Below are positions 15,076 to 24,334 of a stretch of 64,000 nt of DNA, piece after piece. Each line of letters begins with the position of its first letter. Positions within the stretch are counted from its first letter, which is position 1. The position numbers were made by a program, and so were the translations under genes. The notes under the pieces were generated by a model, which was given only the letters and a program-made list of their open reading frames with translations, did not search any database and was not told where the DNA came from. Location of the stretch: contig JAHELV010000002.1 in the NCBI GenBank assembly GCA_024644015.1, positions 57,799-121,798 of the forward strand, in the 5' to 3' direction. The DNA is from Nitriliruptorales bacterium (GTDB taxonomy: Bacteria; Actinomycetota; Nitriliruptoria; Euzebyales; JAHELV01).

Positions 15076-17777
15076 TGCTGGTCCGACCGCACGAGGCGCA
15101 GGAACGCGTCCTCGAGCCGGCGGCGGGGCGTGACGCTGCGCACGCGCACGCCGGCCGCGACCAACGCGTCGACCAGGTCCGGCGGTTCGCGACCGTCGAG
15201 ATCGATCAGCAGACCCGACCCCTGGGGCCGGACGTGGTCTGCGCCCACCAGGTCGACCAGCACCCGCTGCGCGGCCGGGCGATCGTCCGTGGTGATCTCG
15301 AGGCTGCGGGTGTCGCCTGCGAGCTCGGCGGTCGGCCCGGCCGCGACCACGTACCCGGCGTTCATCACCGCGACGTGGGTGCAGACCTGCTCGACCTCGG
15401 CGAGCAGGTGGCTGGAGATCAGCACGGTCCGTCCGCCGCCGGCCAGTCCGGCGAGCAGATCGCGCATGCCACGGATCTGGCCGGGGTCCAGTCCGTCGGT
15501 CGGCTCGTCGAGCACCAACAGGTGCGGTGCGCCGAGCAGCGCCTGGGCGATGCCGAGCCGTTGCCGCATGCCGTGCGAGTACGTACGCACAGGCCGCTCG
15601 ATGGCGTCACCGAGCGCGGCGACCGCCAGCGCGTCGTCGAGGTGTGCCTCGGCGAGAGGACGCCCGCCGGCCCGCCAGTAGGAGACGAGGTTGTCCCGGC
15701 CCGAGAGGTACGGGGCGAAGCCGGGTCCCTCCACGAGCGCGCCGACGTGGTGCAGCACAGGATGACCGGGCGTGATGCGATGGCCGAGCAGCTCGGCGCT
15801 GCCGCCGGTCGGCGTGATGAGCCCCAGGAGCATCCGCAGGGTGGTCGTCTTGCCCGCACCGTTGGGGCCCAGCAGCCCGAACACCTGCCCCCGCTGGACG
15901 CGAAGGTCGATACCACCGACCGCAACGATGCCGTCGGGGTAGGCCTTGCGAAGGTCGCGCACCACAACCGCGTCAGCCGCGTCGTCCGGTGTGCCGTCGT
16001 CGCGGTGCGCCCGCCGGCGTGCCGCCGCGACAGCGGACCCGGCGACGACCAGCAGTGCGATCGCGGACAGGACGATGACGGCAGCGGCGACCGTCACGCC
16101 GCCCGGCGGCGGCACCGTCGGCAGCGCCAGCGTCGCCTCGGAGCCGGCGGTCAGCCGCGTGACGCTGGCAGCACGCGGGTTCGCGTACGCGCGGTCGGTC
16201 GCCGACAGCACGAGTCGCACGCGGTGCCCGGCGCGAAACCGGTGCGCCAGCGTCGGCAGCTCCAGCGTGACCGTCGCCGGCGTCGACCGCATACGCGCGG
16301 GCGCCACCGCCTGCTGCGGCAAGGTCACCAGGCCGCCGGGGGCGACGTCGTACAGCTTGGCGAACACCACCACGTCGGTCGTGGTCGCGTCGATGGGGAC
16401 ACGCAGCCGGGGTTCGCCGAGCACCTGCAGGTCGCGCTCGAGCGCGGACGTCTCGAACGTCACGTGCTGCCCCGGTACGTCGGTCGGCGGCAGCGCGTCG
16501 GCGACCGCGCCGAGACCAGGCAGGCTCGACAGCGCGGCCGGCTCGCCGCCGGGCGGGCCCGCCCACGCCACGACGCCGTCGCCGGGTCCGTCCTCCCGTG
16601 GCGCAGCGCCATCCACCAGGCGGCCGTCGGCCGACAGCGTGAGGGTGCGTGACCCTGCAGGCTCGGCGAGGGCGGTGCCGCTCCGCGTCGCGCCGGAGGC
16701 GCGATCAGTCCACTCGAAGACCGGCCCGGTGTCGACCGACTCGTCATCGCGTAGCCACCGGTCGAACCAGTTCAGCGTCAGCGCTCGCACCCGCTCGATG
16801 TTGCCGTCGGACGCGCCAACGGCGTGGCCGCCGGGGATCCAGACCAGCTTGACGGCGGTGCCCGCTCGGGCGATGCCGCGGGCGTTGGCGACCGACTGGT
16901 CGAGGGGGAACAGCGTGTCGGACTGCGCCTGGACGAGCAGCGTCGGCGCCGCGATGCGATCGAGCGCTCCGTCGAGGTCGGCCCGCCGCAGCAGGACGAC
17001 GGCTTCGGACGTCAACGCGCCGGCCTCCGCGCTGGCGCTGTAGGCGTCGCAGATCTCCCGCGTGAAACGGCCGCACAGCACCGAGCGGTCCGACTGGGGC
17101 CGTGCCGGAGCGGGAGGCGACCGTCTCGCGGCCGCCAGCTCGCGTGGCGAGGCTCCGGCGGTGAACAGCAGGCTCGCCCACTGCTGCTTGAACACGCCGG
17201 GGGTGTCACCCGCCGCGTTGGGCGCCAGCGACTCGACCAGCGAGTGCCACGCGACGACAGGCACGATCGCGTCGATGCGGTCGTCTGCGGCAGCAGCCAG
17301 CAGCGACGCGCCGCCACCGTAGCTGGCGCCGGTCATGCCGACGCGCGGGTCGCCGGCGCGGTCGCGGCGCACGTCGGGGCGCTCGGCGAGCCAGTCGATC
17401 AGGCTGGACACGTCGGCGATCTCGGCGTCCGTGGAGTTCAGCGCGATCCGCCCCTCGGAGGTACCGAAGCCGCGTGCGGACCAGGCGAGCACCACATACC
17501 CGTTGCGTGCGACCGTGAGAGCATCGCTGGTGACGCTGCGCTTGGAGCCTCCGAAGCCGTGGGCCATCAGCACGGCGGGAGCGGGAACGTCGGCCGTGAC
17601 GCCGGCCGGCACGAACAGCGTGGCGTCGAGCGTCAGGCGGCCATCGGCCACCGCGATGCGGTGCTCTGAGCGTGTGACCGGCTCGGGGCGTGCGCCCAGC
17701 ATCGTCCACAAGATGACGACGACGCCCACGGCAACTGCCGTGAGCATCACCGACGCACGGGTTGCGCGGGATGCCAT
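15072..17777 (-). CDS. Fusion protein: signal-anchor TM, CocE/NonD (S15 X-Pro dipeptidyl-peptidase-like) alpha/beta hydrolase, second TM, ABC transporter ATP-binding domain
   Basis: Hydrolase part: VLMAHGFGGSKRS...nucleophile elbow GMTGASYGGG. Second TM: VTVAAAVIVLSAIALLVVAGSAVAAA. ABC part: Walker A GLLGPNGAGKTT, signature YSHGMRQRLGIA, Walker B LLVLDEPTDGLD. I trimmed the start to the internal ATG (MASRATRASVMLTAVAVG...). Confidence 0.8.
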   Translation of the reverse strand: MASRATRASVMLTAVAVGVVVILWTMLGARPEPVTRSEHRIAVADGRLTLDATLFVPAGVTADVPAPAVLMAHGFGGSKRSVTSDALTVARNGYVVLAWSARGFGTSEGRIALNSTDAEIADVSSLIDWLAERPDVRRDRAGDPRVGMTGASYGGGASLLAAAADDRIDAIVPVVAWHSLVESLAPNAAGDTPGVFKQQWASLLFTAGASPRELAAARRSPPAPARPQSDRSVLCGRFTREICDAYSASAEAGALTSEAVVLLRRADLDGALDRIAAPTLLVQAQSDTLFPLDQSVANARGIARAGTAVKLVWIPGGHAVGASDGNIERVRALTLNWFDRWLRDDESVDTGPVFEWTDRASGATRSGTALAEPAGSRTLTLSADGRLVDGAAPREDGPGDGVVAWAGPPGGEPAALSSLPGLGAVADALPPTDVPGQHVTFETSALERDLQVLGEPRLRVPIDATTTDVVVFAKLYDVAPGGLVTLPQQAVAPARMRSTPATVTLELPTLAHRFRAGHRVRLVLSATDRAYANPRAASVTRLTAGSEATLALPTVPPPGGVTVAAAVIVLSAIALLVVAGSAVAAARRRAHRDDGTPDDAADAVVVRDLRKAYPDGIVAVGGIDLRVQRGQVFGLLGPNGAGKTTTLRMLLGLITPTGGSAELLGHRITPGHPVLHHVGALVEGPGFAPYLSGRDNLVSYWRAGGRPLAEAHLDDALAVAALGDAIERPVRTYSHGMRQRLGIAQALLGAPHLLVLDEPTDGLDPGQIRGMRDLLAGLAGGGRTVLISSHLLAEVEQVCTHVAVMNAGYVVAAGPTAELAGDTRSLEITTDDRPAAQRVLVDLVGADHVRPQGSGLLIDLDGREPPDLVDALVAAGVRVRSVTPRRRLEDAFLRLVRSDQQ

Positions 17778-17978
17778 CACGGCAAGTCTGCCTTCGGCGG
17801 CGGCGGCCGGCGGCGTGTCGCGATCGACGTCGGTCGTAACGTTGCCGTAGCGCACCACCGGTACCGTCACGCCCGTCGACACCGGGCAGGCGCGAATGCC
17901 CGGCATGCAGTCCTGCCGGCAGTCCCGGAGGCATGCCGAGCATGAAGTGCTCCAGGAAGCCCGGAAGGAGCCGCCACC

Positions 17979-18920
17979 ATGTCACAGCGCACCCTCTCCG
18001 CGGACCGTGAAGCGACCACCGCACCAGACGTCGTGACCGCACACCGACGGGCGAGCACCCGTTTCGGTGAGCTCGTCCGCGCCGTCGAGCCTGACCAGTG
18101 GGAGTTGCCGACACCCTGTGCGGACTGGTCGGTGCGCGACCTCGTCAATCACGTCGTCGCCGAGAACCTGTGGACGGCGCCGCTGCTGGCCGGCCGTACG
18201 ATTGCCGACGTCGGCAGCACCTACGACGGCGACGTGCTCGGCGGCGATCCGGTCGCGGCGACCGATGCCGCCACGACGTCCGCCGGCGAAGCGGTCGACG
18301 AACCGGGCGTGACGCAACGCATCGTGCACCTGTCGTTCGGCGATACACCGGCGGCCGAGTACGTCTACCAGTTGTTCGCCGACCACCTGCTGCACGGCTG
18401 GGATCTCGCCCAGGCGATCGGCGCCGACGACAGCATGGATCCCGACCTCGTCGACGCGTGCGCCTCCTGGTTCACGACGGTCGAGGACGCCTACCGCCAG
18501 GCGGGTGCCATCGGGCCGCGCCCGTCGGTGCCGCCCGATGCGGACGCGCGGGCGCTGCTGCTCGCCCGCTTCGGACGCAGTGACACGATCTCCGTGGCCA
18601 CCCGCTTCAACGCGGAGTTCGCCCGGCGCGACGTTGCGCGGATCATGGCGCACATGACCGAGGACTGCGTGTTCGAGAGCACGGACCCCGCACCCGACGG
18701 CCGTCGCGTCGAGGGCGCCGACGCCGTCGCCAACGTCTGGCGCGAGCTCTTCACGGCGTCACCAACTGCGCGCTTCGACGTCGAGGAGATCATCGGCGCC
18801 GGCGACCGCGCCGTGGTCCGTTGGACCTTCGACTGGGGCGACGGACATGTCCGCGGCGTCGATGTCATGCGCGTCCGCGACGGCAAGGTCGCCGAGAAGC
18901 TGTCGTACGTCAAGGGCTGA
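17979..18920 (+). CDS. DinB/TIGR03086-like (mycothiol maleylpyruvate isomerase N-terminal fold) domain fused to a C-terminal SnoaL-like domain
   Basis: N-terminus: FGELVRAVEPDQWELPTPCADWSVRDLVNHVVAEN (DinB-type metal-binding helix bundle). C-terminus: FNAEFARRDVARIMAHMTEDCVFES...AVVRWTFDWGDGHVRGVDVMRVRDGKVAEKLSYVKG (NTF2-like). Confidence 0.75.
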   Translation: MSQRTLSADREATTAPDVVTAHRRASTRFGELVRAVEPDQWELPTPCADWSVRDLVNHVVAENLWTAPLLAGRTIADVGSTYDGDVLGGDPVAATDAATTSAGEAVDEPGVTQRIVHLSFGDTPAAEYVYQLFADHLLHGWDLAQAIGADDSMDPDLVDACASWFTTVEDAYRQAGAIGPRPSVPPDADARALLLARFGRSDTISVATRFNAEFARRDVARIMAHMTEDCVFESTDPAPDGRRVEGADAVANVWRELFTASPTARFDVEEIIGAGDRAVVRWTFDWGDGHVRGVDVMRVRDGKVAEKLSYVKG

Positions 18921-19065
18921 CACCGCGTCGTGTCGCACCGCACCAGCGCGAGCCGCTGAAGGCGAGGCGAACCGATCGAACCGGCGTGACGTGCGGGACC
19001 GCTCACGATGACCGGTACCGTGGGCGGGCCACAGAACCCATGGATCGAGAGGGGACGCGACGTGC

Positions 19066-19509
19066 GTGCTCCGGCGTGCGTCGCGCATGTTGGCGGCAAT
19101 GGACGATGACGAGCAGCGGCGCCGGTTCGCGGCCGGGAGGGTCGCCCGGCTCGCGTCGGTGCGTCCCGACGGAGGGCCGCACCTGGTGCCGGTCACCTTC
19201 GCTGTCGACGGCGCCACCGTGTACACCGCAGTGGACGCCAAACCCAAGCGCACGCAGCGGTTGCAGCGGCTCGACAACCTGCGCTGGCAGCCGCGGTGCA
19301 GCCTGCTCGTCGACCACTACGACGACGACTGGGCACAGCTGTGGTGGGTGCGCGCCGACGGCGTCGCCGACGTCGTCGATGCGCCTGACCCGGCACATCG
19401 CGGGCTCGCGCTCCTGGCCAACCGCTACCCTGCATACACAGCGGCGCCGCCGACCGGGCCGCTGGTCGTCGTGACGGTGACCCGGTGGAATGGATGGTCG
19501 GCGACCTGA
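19066..19509 (+). CDS. PPOX-class (pyridoxamine-5'-phosphate-oxidase fold) probable F420-dependent enzyme
   Basis: RRRFAAGRVARLASVRPDGGPHLVPVTFAVDGATVYTAVD...SLLVDHYDDDWAQLWWVRADG matches the split-barrel PPOX/F420 family pattern. The true start may be ATG 19087 or 19099. Confidence 0.7.
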   Translation: MLRRASRMLAAMDDDEQRRRFAAGRVARLASVRPDGGPHLVPVTFAVDGATVYTAVDAKPKRTQRLQRLDNLRWQPRCSLLVDHYDDDWAQLWWVRADGVADVVDAPDPAHRGLALLANRYPAYTAAPPTGPLVVVTVTRWNGWSAT

Positions 19510-19586
19510 ACGACCATCGGGCGAGGGAGAGTTCGTCGACAACGACCGCGACAACCGACGCGGTCGTTCAGTGAGGAGTTCGTGGC

Positions 19587-20450
19587 ATGGACATTGGCAT
19601 TGGCGTTCCCAACAGCATCCCGGGCGCGACCGGAGCCCAGCTGATCGAATGGGCCCGCCGCGCAGACGACGCCGGGTTCTCCAGCCTCGCATCGATCGGC
19701 GCGGTGTCGTACCCCAGCTACGAGGAGCTGACGGTCTTCGCGGCGGCCGGCGCCGTCACCGAGCGCATCAGGTTCACGCCCAACGTGATGATCGCGCCGG
19801 CGAGGAGCAACGCGGAGCTCGCCAAGCAGGCGGCGACGGTGGACCAGCTGACGAACGGTCGGCTGACGCTGGGGCTCGGTGTGGGATGGCGGGCCGCCGA
19901 CTACCAGCTGACCGGTCGTTCGTTCGACGACCGCGGCGCCCTGTTCGACGCGCAGCTCGCAGACCTGCACAAGGCCTGGGCAGGCGAGGCGCTGTCGGAC
20001 GACACGCGCCGGGTCGCGCCGCCAACGGTGCAGGAGGGCGGCGTGCCGATGCTGATCGGCGGCACCACCGACGCGGCGATCCGCCGTGTCGTCGAGTTCG
20101 GGGTGGGCTGGACGGCCGGCGGCATGCCGCCGGACGCCGTCGAGCAGTTCGCGAACCGCGTCCGGGCAGCATGGGCCGACGCAGGGCGGGACGGCACACC
20201 AAGTATCACGGCGCTGGCCTACTTCGCGCTCGGAGACACGACCGAGGAGTCGCGCCAGGCGCTGCTCGACTACTACGCACCAAGGGGCGCCGACACGGCG
20301 GAGATGATCGCCGGCAGCGCGCTGCGGTCGCCCGAGGCGATCACCGGCGCGATCGGCGCGTTCGCTGACGCCGGCATCGACGAGCTCATCCTCGATCCGA
20401 CCGTCTCGGACCCCGCCCAGGTCGACATGCTGGCCGACGTCGTGTTCTGA
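19587..20450 (+). CDS. LLM-class (luciferase-like) F420-dependent oxidoreductase
   Basis: GAGGAG RBS. MDIGIGVPNS...AGFSSLASIG...TERIRFTPNVMIAPARSNAELAKQAATVDQLTNGRLTLGLGVGW is typical of TIM-barrel LLM enzymes. Confidence 0.8.
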   Translation: MDIGIGVPNSIPGATGAQLIEWARRADDAGFSSLASIGAVSYPSYEELTVFAAAGAVTERIRFTPNVMIAPARSNAELAKQAATVDQLTNGRLTLGLGVGWRAADYQLTGRSFDDRGALFDAQLADLHKAWAGEALSDDTRRVAPPTVQEGGVPMLIGGTTDAAIRRVVEFGVGWTAGGMPPDAVEQFANRVRAAWADAGRDGTPSITALAYFALGDTTEESRQALLDYYAPRGADTAEMIAGSALRSPEAITGAIGAFADAGIDELILDPTVSDPAQVDMLADVVF

Positions 20451-20523
20451 TCTGGGGTGCGACCCTGGCGTCGCTGACGTACGGACGTCGGTCGCGGACC
20501 AGAGGCCGCAGGCGGAGGAGCCT

Positions 20524-22137
20524 ATGACACGCTGGCGTGCGCTCGCGGTGCTTGCGGCCGCGCAGTTCCTCATGGTTCTGGACCAGGCCGTGATGAATGT
20601 CTCGATCAGCCAGCTGGTCTCGGACTTCGGCACCACGGTGACGGTCATCCAGGGAGTCATCACCCTGTACTCGTTGATGATGGCCGCCCTCATGATCACC
20701 GGGGGCAAGATCGGCGACCTGATCGGACGGCGCCGGGCATTCGCGGTCGGACTGGTCATCTACGCCGCCGGCTCCGCGCTGACGGCCGTGGCGTGGTCGG
20801 TCCCCGCGCTGGCGCTGGGGTGGTCGGTGCTGGAGGGTATCGGCGCGGCGCTGGTGCTGCCGGCACTCGTGGCGCTCATCGCCGGGAACTACCGCGGCCG
20901 CGAGCGCGTGGTCGCGTATGCGGTGATCGGCGGCGTGGCCGGAGTGGGCATCGCTGTTGGGCCGATCCTGGGGGGTTGGCTCACCACCGACTTCACCTGG
21001 CGGCTCGTGTTCGTGGGGGAGGTCGTCGTGGCCGTGGCGATCCTCGCGTCGCTGAAGGTCATCGACGAACCGCGGCGCTCGGGACCGGTCCCGCAGCTCG
21101 ATTGGGTCGGCTCGGTGCTGTCGGCGACCGGTATTGCGATCGTCGTGTTCGCCGTCCTGCAGGCCAGCACGTGGGGGTGGCTCGTACCGAACGACTCGCC
21201 GCTCGAGCCGTTCGGGTTCGCGTTGACGCCGTTCGCCGTCGCCGGCGGCGTGGGTGTCCTGCTGCTGTTCGTCAGGTGGGAGCGGCGTCGCGAAGCGCAG
21301 GGACGCGATCCGCTGGTGCGGCTCGAGATGTTCAACAATCTGCCGCTGCGGGCCGGGCTGCAGACGTTTCTCGCCCAGAACCTGGTGCTGATGGGCACCT
21401 TCTTCAGTGTGCCGCTGTACCTCCAGTTGGTGCTGGGTCTCAACGCGCTCGAGACCGGCGTGCGGATGCTGCCGGTCTCTGTCGCCATGTTCGTGACGTC
21501 GATCTCGGGTTCGGCCCTCGCGGCCCGGTACGCGCCGCGTGCGATCGTGCGGACGGGGTTCGCCATCCTCGTCGTGGCTCTGCTCCTGCTGATGGGCGCG
21601 ATCGGGCCGACGCTCGACGGCGGCAGCTTCGCGTCGGCGATGGCCGTGCTCGGGGTCGGCATGGGCCTGGTCGCGTCACAGCTGGGCAACGTGGTGCAGT
21701 CGGCGGTCGGCCCGTCCGAACGCAGCGAAGCGGGCGGGCTCCAGTGGACCGCGCAGCAGCTCGGGTCATCCCTTGGGGTCGCACTGGTCGGCGCCATCGT
21801 CCTGACCGGGCTCTCGGCGACCTTCGTGAACCAGGTCGCCGGTGACGAACGTATCTCGGACGCGGTCGCGCAGGAGGTCAGCGTCAGGGTGTCGGGAGGA
21901 GTCGACTTCGTCGCGACCGCTGCCGTTGCCGAAGCCGCCAGTGAAGCTGGTCTCGACGCCGGCACCAGCGAAGCGCTCGTCGAGTCATACGCCAACGCGC
22001 AACTGCTCGCGCTCAAGGCGGGGCTGCTCGCTGCGCTCGCCATGGCGGCGGGCGCGCTGATCTTCACACGTCACCTGCCGTCCCTGCGTCCACAGCCAGA
22101 CCCCGACCCGGACGTCGTCGAGCCGACGTCGGCGTGA
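20524..22137 (+). CDS. MFS transporter, DHA2 (EmrB/QacA-like, 14-TM) family
   Basis: GGAGG RBS. LAAAQFLMVLDQAVMNVSI...GGKIGDLIGRRRAF motifs. 537 aa with many hydrophobic spans. Confidence 0.85.
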   Translation: MTRWRALAVLAAAQFLMVLDQAVMNVSISQLVSDFGTTVTVIQGVITLYSLMMAALMITGGKIGDLIGRRRAFAVGLVIYAAGSALTAVAWSVPALALGWSVLEGIGAALVLPALVALIAGNYRGRERVVAYAVIGGVAGVGIAVGPILGGWLTTDFTWRLVFVGEVVVAVAILASLKVIDEPRRSGPVPQLDWVGSVLSATGIAIVVFAVLQASTWGWLVPNDSPLEPFGFALTPFAVAGGVGVLLLFVRWERRREAQGRDPLVRLEMFNNLPLRAGLQTFLAQNLVLMGTFFSVPLYLQLVLGLNALETGVRMLPVSVAMFVTSISGSALAARYAPRAIVRTGFAILVVALLLLMGAIGPTLDGGSFASAMAVLGVGMGLVASQLGNVVQSAVGPSERSEAGGLQWTAQQLGSSLGVALVGAIVLTGLSATFVNQVAGDERISDAVAQEVSVRVSGGVDFVATAAVAEAASEAGLDAGTSEALVESYANAQLLALKAGLLAALAMAAGALIFTRHLPSLRPQPDPDPDVVEPTSA

Positions 22138-23183
22138 ATCCGGGTGCAGCAGGCCGGCCGGGGATCGTTGGCATCGTCGCCAATCCGGCGTCGGCTCGCG
22201 ACATCCGGCGGCTCGTGGCCGACGCCGCGCCGGTGACCACGAACGACAAGATCAACATGCTCAGGCGGACGCTCACCGGGCTCCGCAGCGTGGGAGTGGT
22301 CCGCGCGTTGTCGATGACGGACCTCGGTGGGATCTCCGCGGCACTGGCCGGTCTGGCGAACGGTCCCGCGTCGCAGGCATGGCCGGCCGTCGACTTCGTC
22401 GACCAGGTCCTCACGCAGTCCGCCGCCGACACGACGACCGCGGTCGAGGCCATGGTCGCAGCCGGTGTCGGCGCGATCGTCGTGCTCGGCGGCGACGGCA
22501 CCAACGCGGTCGTGGCCGACGCCTGCGGCGACGTTCCGATCGCGTCCATCTCGACGGGCACCAACAACGCGTTCCCCCGTAGCGCCGAACCCACGGTCGT
22601 CGGGATCGCCGCGGGTCTGGTCGCCACCGGCGCGCTCGACGCAGACGAGGCGGCATGCCGTACCAAGACGCTCACGGTGCGTTCGGGCCAGCGCCGGCAC
22701 CGGGCGCTCGTCGATGTCGCGATCACGGCACACGACAGCGTCGCCTCCGGCGCCGTGTGGGACTCCTCGAAGGTCCGCGAGCTCTTCCTGTGCTTCGCCG
22801 AGCCGCACGCGATCGGCTTGTCGGCGATCGGGGCCCACGTCCGGACCGTGCGACGCGAGGACCCGTTCGGCCTGCACCTCCGCCTCGGCCGGCCGGCGAC
22901 GGCAGCGGTCCGCGTCCCGTTGGGTCCCGGACTCATCGCCGACGTCGAGCTGTCCGAGGTCGCCGAGTTCGCGACGGGAATGACCGCGAGGGTGGCGACC
23001 CCGTTCGGCGTGGTGGCGGTCGACGGCGAGCGTGCCTTTCGTTTCGGCCCGCACGACACGGTGACCGTCACGCTCTCGGCGGACGGGCCCCGAGCCATCG
23101 ACGTCCAAGGTGCGATGGAACTGGCCTCAGCGCGTGGACTGCTCACCCGCTCGGACACGCTGCCGCCGACGTCGGACCGCTGA
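22134..23183 (+). CDS. ATP-NAD kinase-like protein (COG3199, AcoX-type)
   Basis: The GTG start overlaps the MFS stop (GTGA). Diacylglycerol/NAD-kinase motifs VVLGGDGTNAVV and STGTNNAFP are present. It sits directly upstream of the E1 alpha/beta genes, as in aco operons. Confidence 0.7.
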   Translation: MNPGAAGRPGIVGIVANPASARDIRRLVADAAPVTTNDKINMLRRTLTGLRSVGVVRALSMTDLGGISAALAGLANGPASQAWPAVDFVDQVLTQSAADTTTAVEAMVAAGVGAIVVLGGDGTNAVVADACGDVPIASISTGTNNAFPRSAEPTVVGIAAGLVATGALDADEAACRTKTLTVRSGQRRHRALVDVAITAHDSVASGAVWDSSKVRELFLCFAEPHAIGLSAIGAHVRTVRREDPFGLHLRLGRPATAAVRVPLGPGLIADVELSEVAEFATGMTARVATPFGVVAVDGERAFRFGPHDTVTVTLSADGPRAIDVQGAMELASARGLLTRSDTLPPTSDR

Positions 23184-23186
23184 ACA

Positions 23187-23213
23187 GCGGCAGCGCCGCG
23201 AGCGCGCTGCCGC
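23187..23213 (+). terminator. GC-rich hairpin (10-bp perfect stem, 7-nt loop) just after the AcoX-like stop; possible terminator or attenuator before the E1 genes
   Basis: GCGGCAGCGC-cgcgagc-GCGCTGCCGC, read directly from the sequence. It begins 4 nt after the TGA at 23181-23183 and is followed by a slightly T-richer stretch (GCTGTTTCC). Confidence 0.4.
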
Positions 23214-23344
23214 CCGAAGATGCTGTTTCCCGACACGACACCCTCGAATATCATCACGACAACGACCGCCGGAGACCTCACGGGGTGGGCTGATGTCCCG
23301 GCGCTCTGCGCCGCCGAGTCAGACACACGTCAAGGAGGACGTCG

Positions 23345-24322
23345 ATGGGCCAGCTCAACCGACTCGATCTCTATCGGCAGATGGTGCGGATCCGCCAGTA
23401 CGAATCACGGATCCTGCAGGAATATCACGCCGACAAGAAGCCCGCGTGGGACATCGGTGCTGGGCTCATTCCCGGCGAGATGCACCTGTCGGCCGGTCAG
23501 GAACCGGTCGCCGTCGGCGTGTGCGCGAACCTGAAGAAGGGCGACGCCATCACCGCCCCCCACCGCCCCCACCACTTCGCGTTGGCCCACGGCGTCGACA
23601 TGAACGCGATGACCGCCGAGATCTACGGACGCGACACCGGGCTGTGCCGCGGCAAGGGCGGCCACATGCATCTGTTCGACCCCGAGAACCACTTCTCCTG
23701 CTCGGGGATCATCGGTCAGGGCTACCCGGTCGCGTGCGGTCAGGCGATGGCGTTCAAACGGAAGGGCACCGACCATGTCGCCGTCGCGGTCGCCGGCGAC
23801 GGCGCGGCCAACCAGGGTGCCTTCCACGAGTCGCTGAACCTGGCTGCGCTGTGGAAGCTGCCGGTGATCTTCGTCATCGAGGACAACGACTGGGCGATCT
23901 CGGTGCACCGGTCGTTCTCCACCGCCAACGCGTCGAACGCCGACCGCGCCGTCGGATACGGCATGCCCGGCGTACGGATCGAGAACAACGACGTCGAGGC
24001 CGTCTTCGAGGCCGCCGGTGCGGCGATCGATCGGGCCCGTGCGGGCGAGGGTCCGAGCCTGATCGAGGTCCACACACTGCGCTTGTGGGGGCACTTCGAA
24101 GGTGACGCGCAGGCGTATCGGGGAGCCGACCTCGAGACCGTGGACGAACGCGACCCGATCCCGCTCTACGCCGCCGCACTCACCGAACTCGGGGAGTTGT
24201 CGGAGGGGCAGATCGAATCGATCGCCTCAGAGGCGGCAGCCGAAGTCGACGCTGCGATCACGTTTGCAACGTCCAGTCCCTCACCGACCGCCGACGATGC
24301 CCTGCTGCACGTCTTCGCCTGA
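23345..24322 (+). CDS. Thiamine-pyrophosphate-dependent dehydrogenase E1 component, alpha subunit (acetoin:acceptor oxidoreductase AcoA-like)
   Basis: AGGAGG RBS. TPP-binding GDGAANQGAFHESLNLAALWKLPVIFVIEDNDWAIS. The HRPHH region is equivalent to the YR-x-HG region of E1 alpha. Confidence 0.9.
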   Translation: MGQLNRLDLYRQMVRIRQYESRILQEYHADKKPAWDIGAGLIPGEMHLSAGQEPVAVGVCANLKKGDAITAPHRPHHFALAHGVDMNAMTAEIYGRDTGLCRGKGGHMHLFDPENHFSCSGIIGQGYPVACGQAMAFKRKGTDHVAVAVAGDGAANQGAFHESLNLAALWKLPVIFVIEDNDWAISVHRSFSTANASNADRAVGYGMPGVRIENNDVEAVFEAAGAAIDRARAGEGPSLIEVHTLRLWGHFEGDAQAYRGADLETVDERDPIPLYAAALTELGELSEGQIESIASEAAAEVDAAITFATSSPSPTADDALLHVFA

Positions 24323-24334
24323 GCACGACAAGGG

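Noticed and set aside
23561-23580. A direct 10-bp duplication, CACCGCCCCC CACCGCCCCC, inside the E1 alpha gene that might signal a slippage or frameshift site.
   Set aside because: The reading frame stays open. The encoded PHRPHH aligns with the conserved YR-x-HG/HRGHGH region of E1 alpha subunits, so it is ordinary coding sequence.
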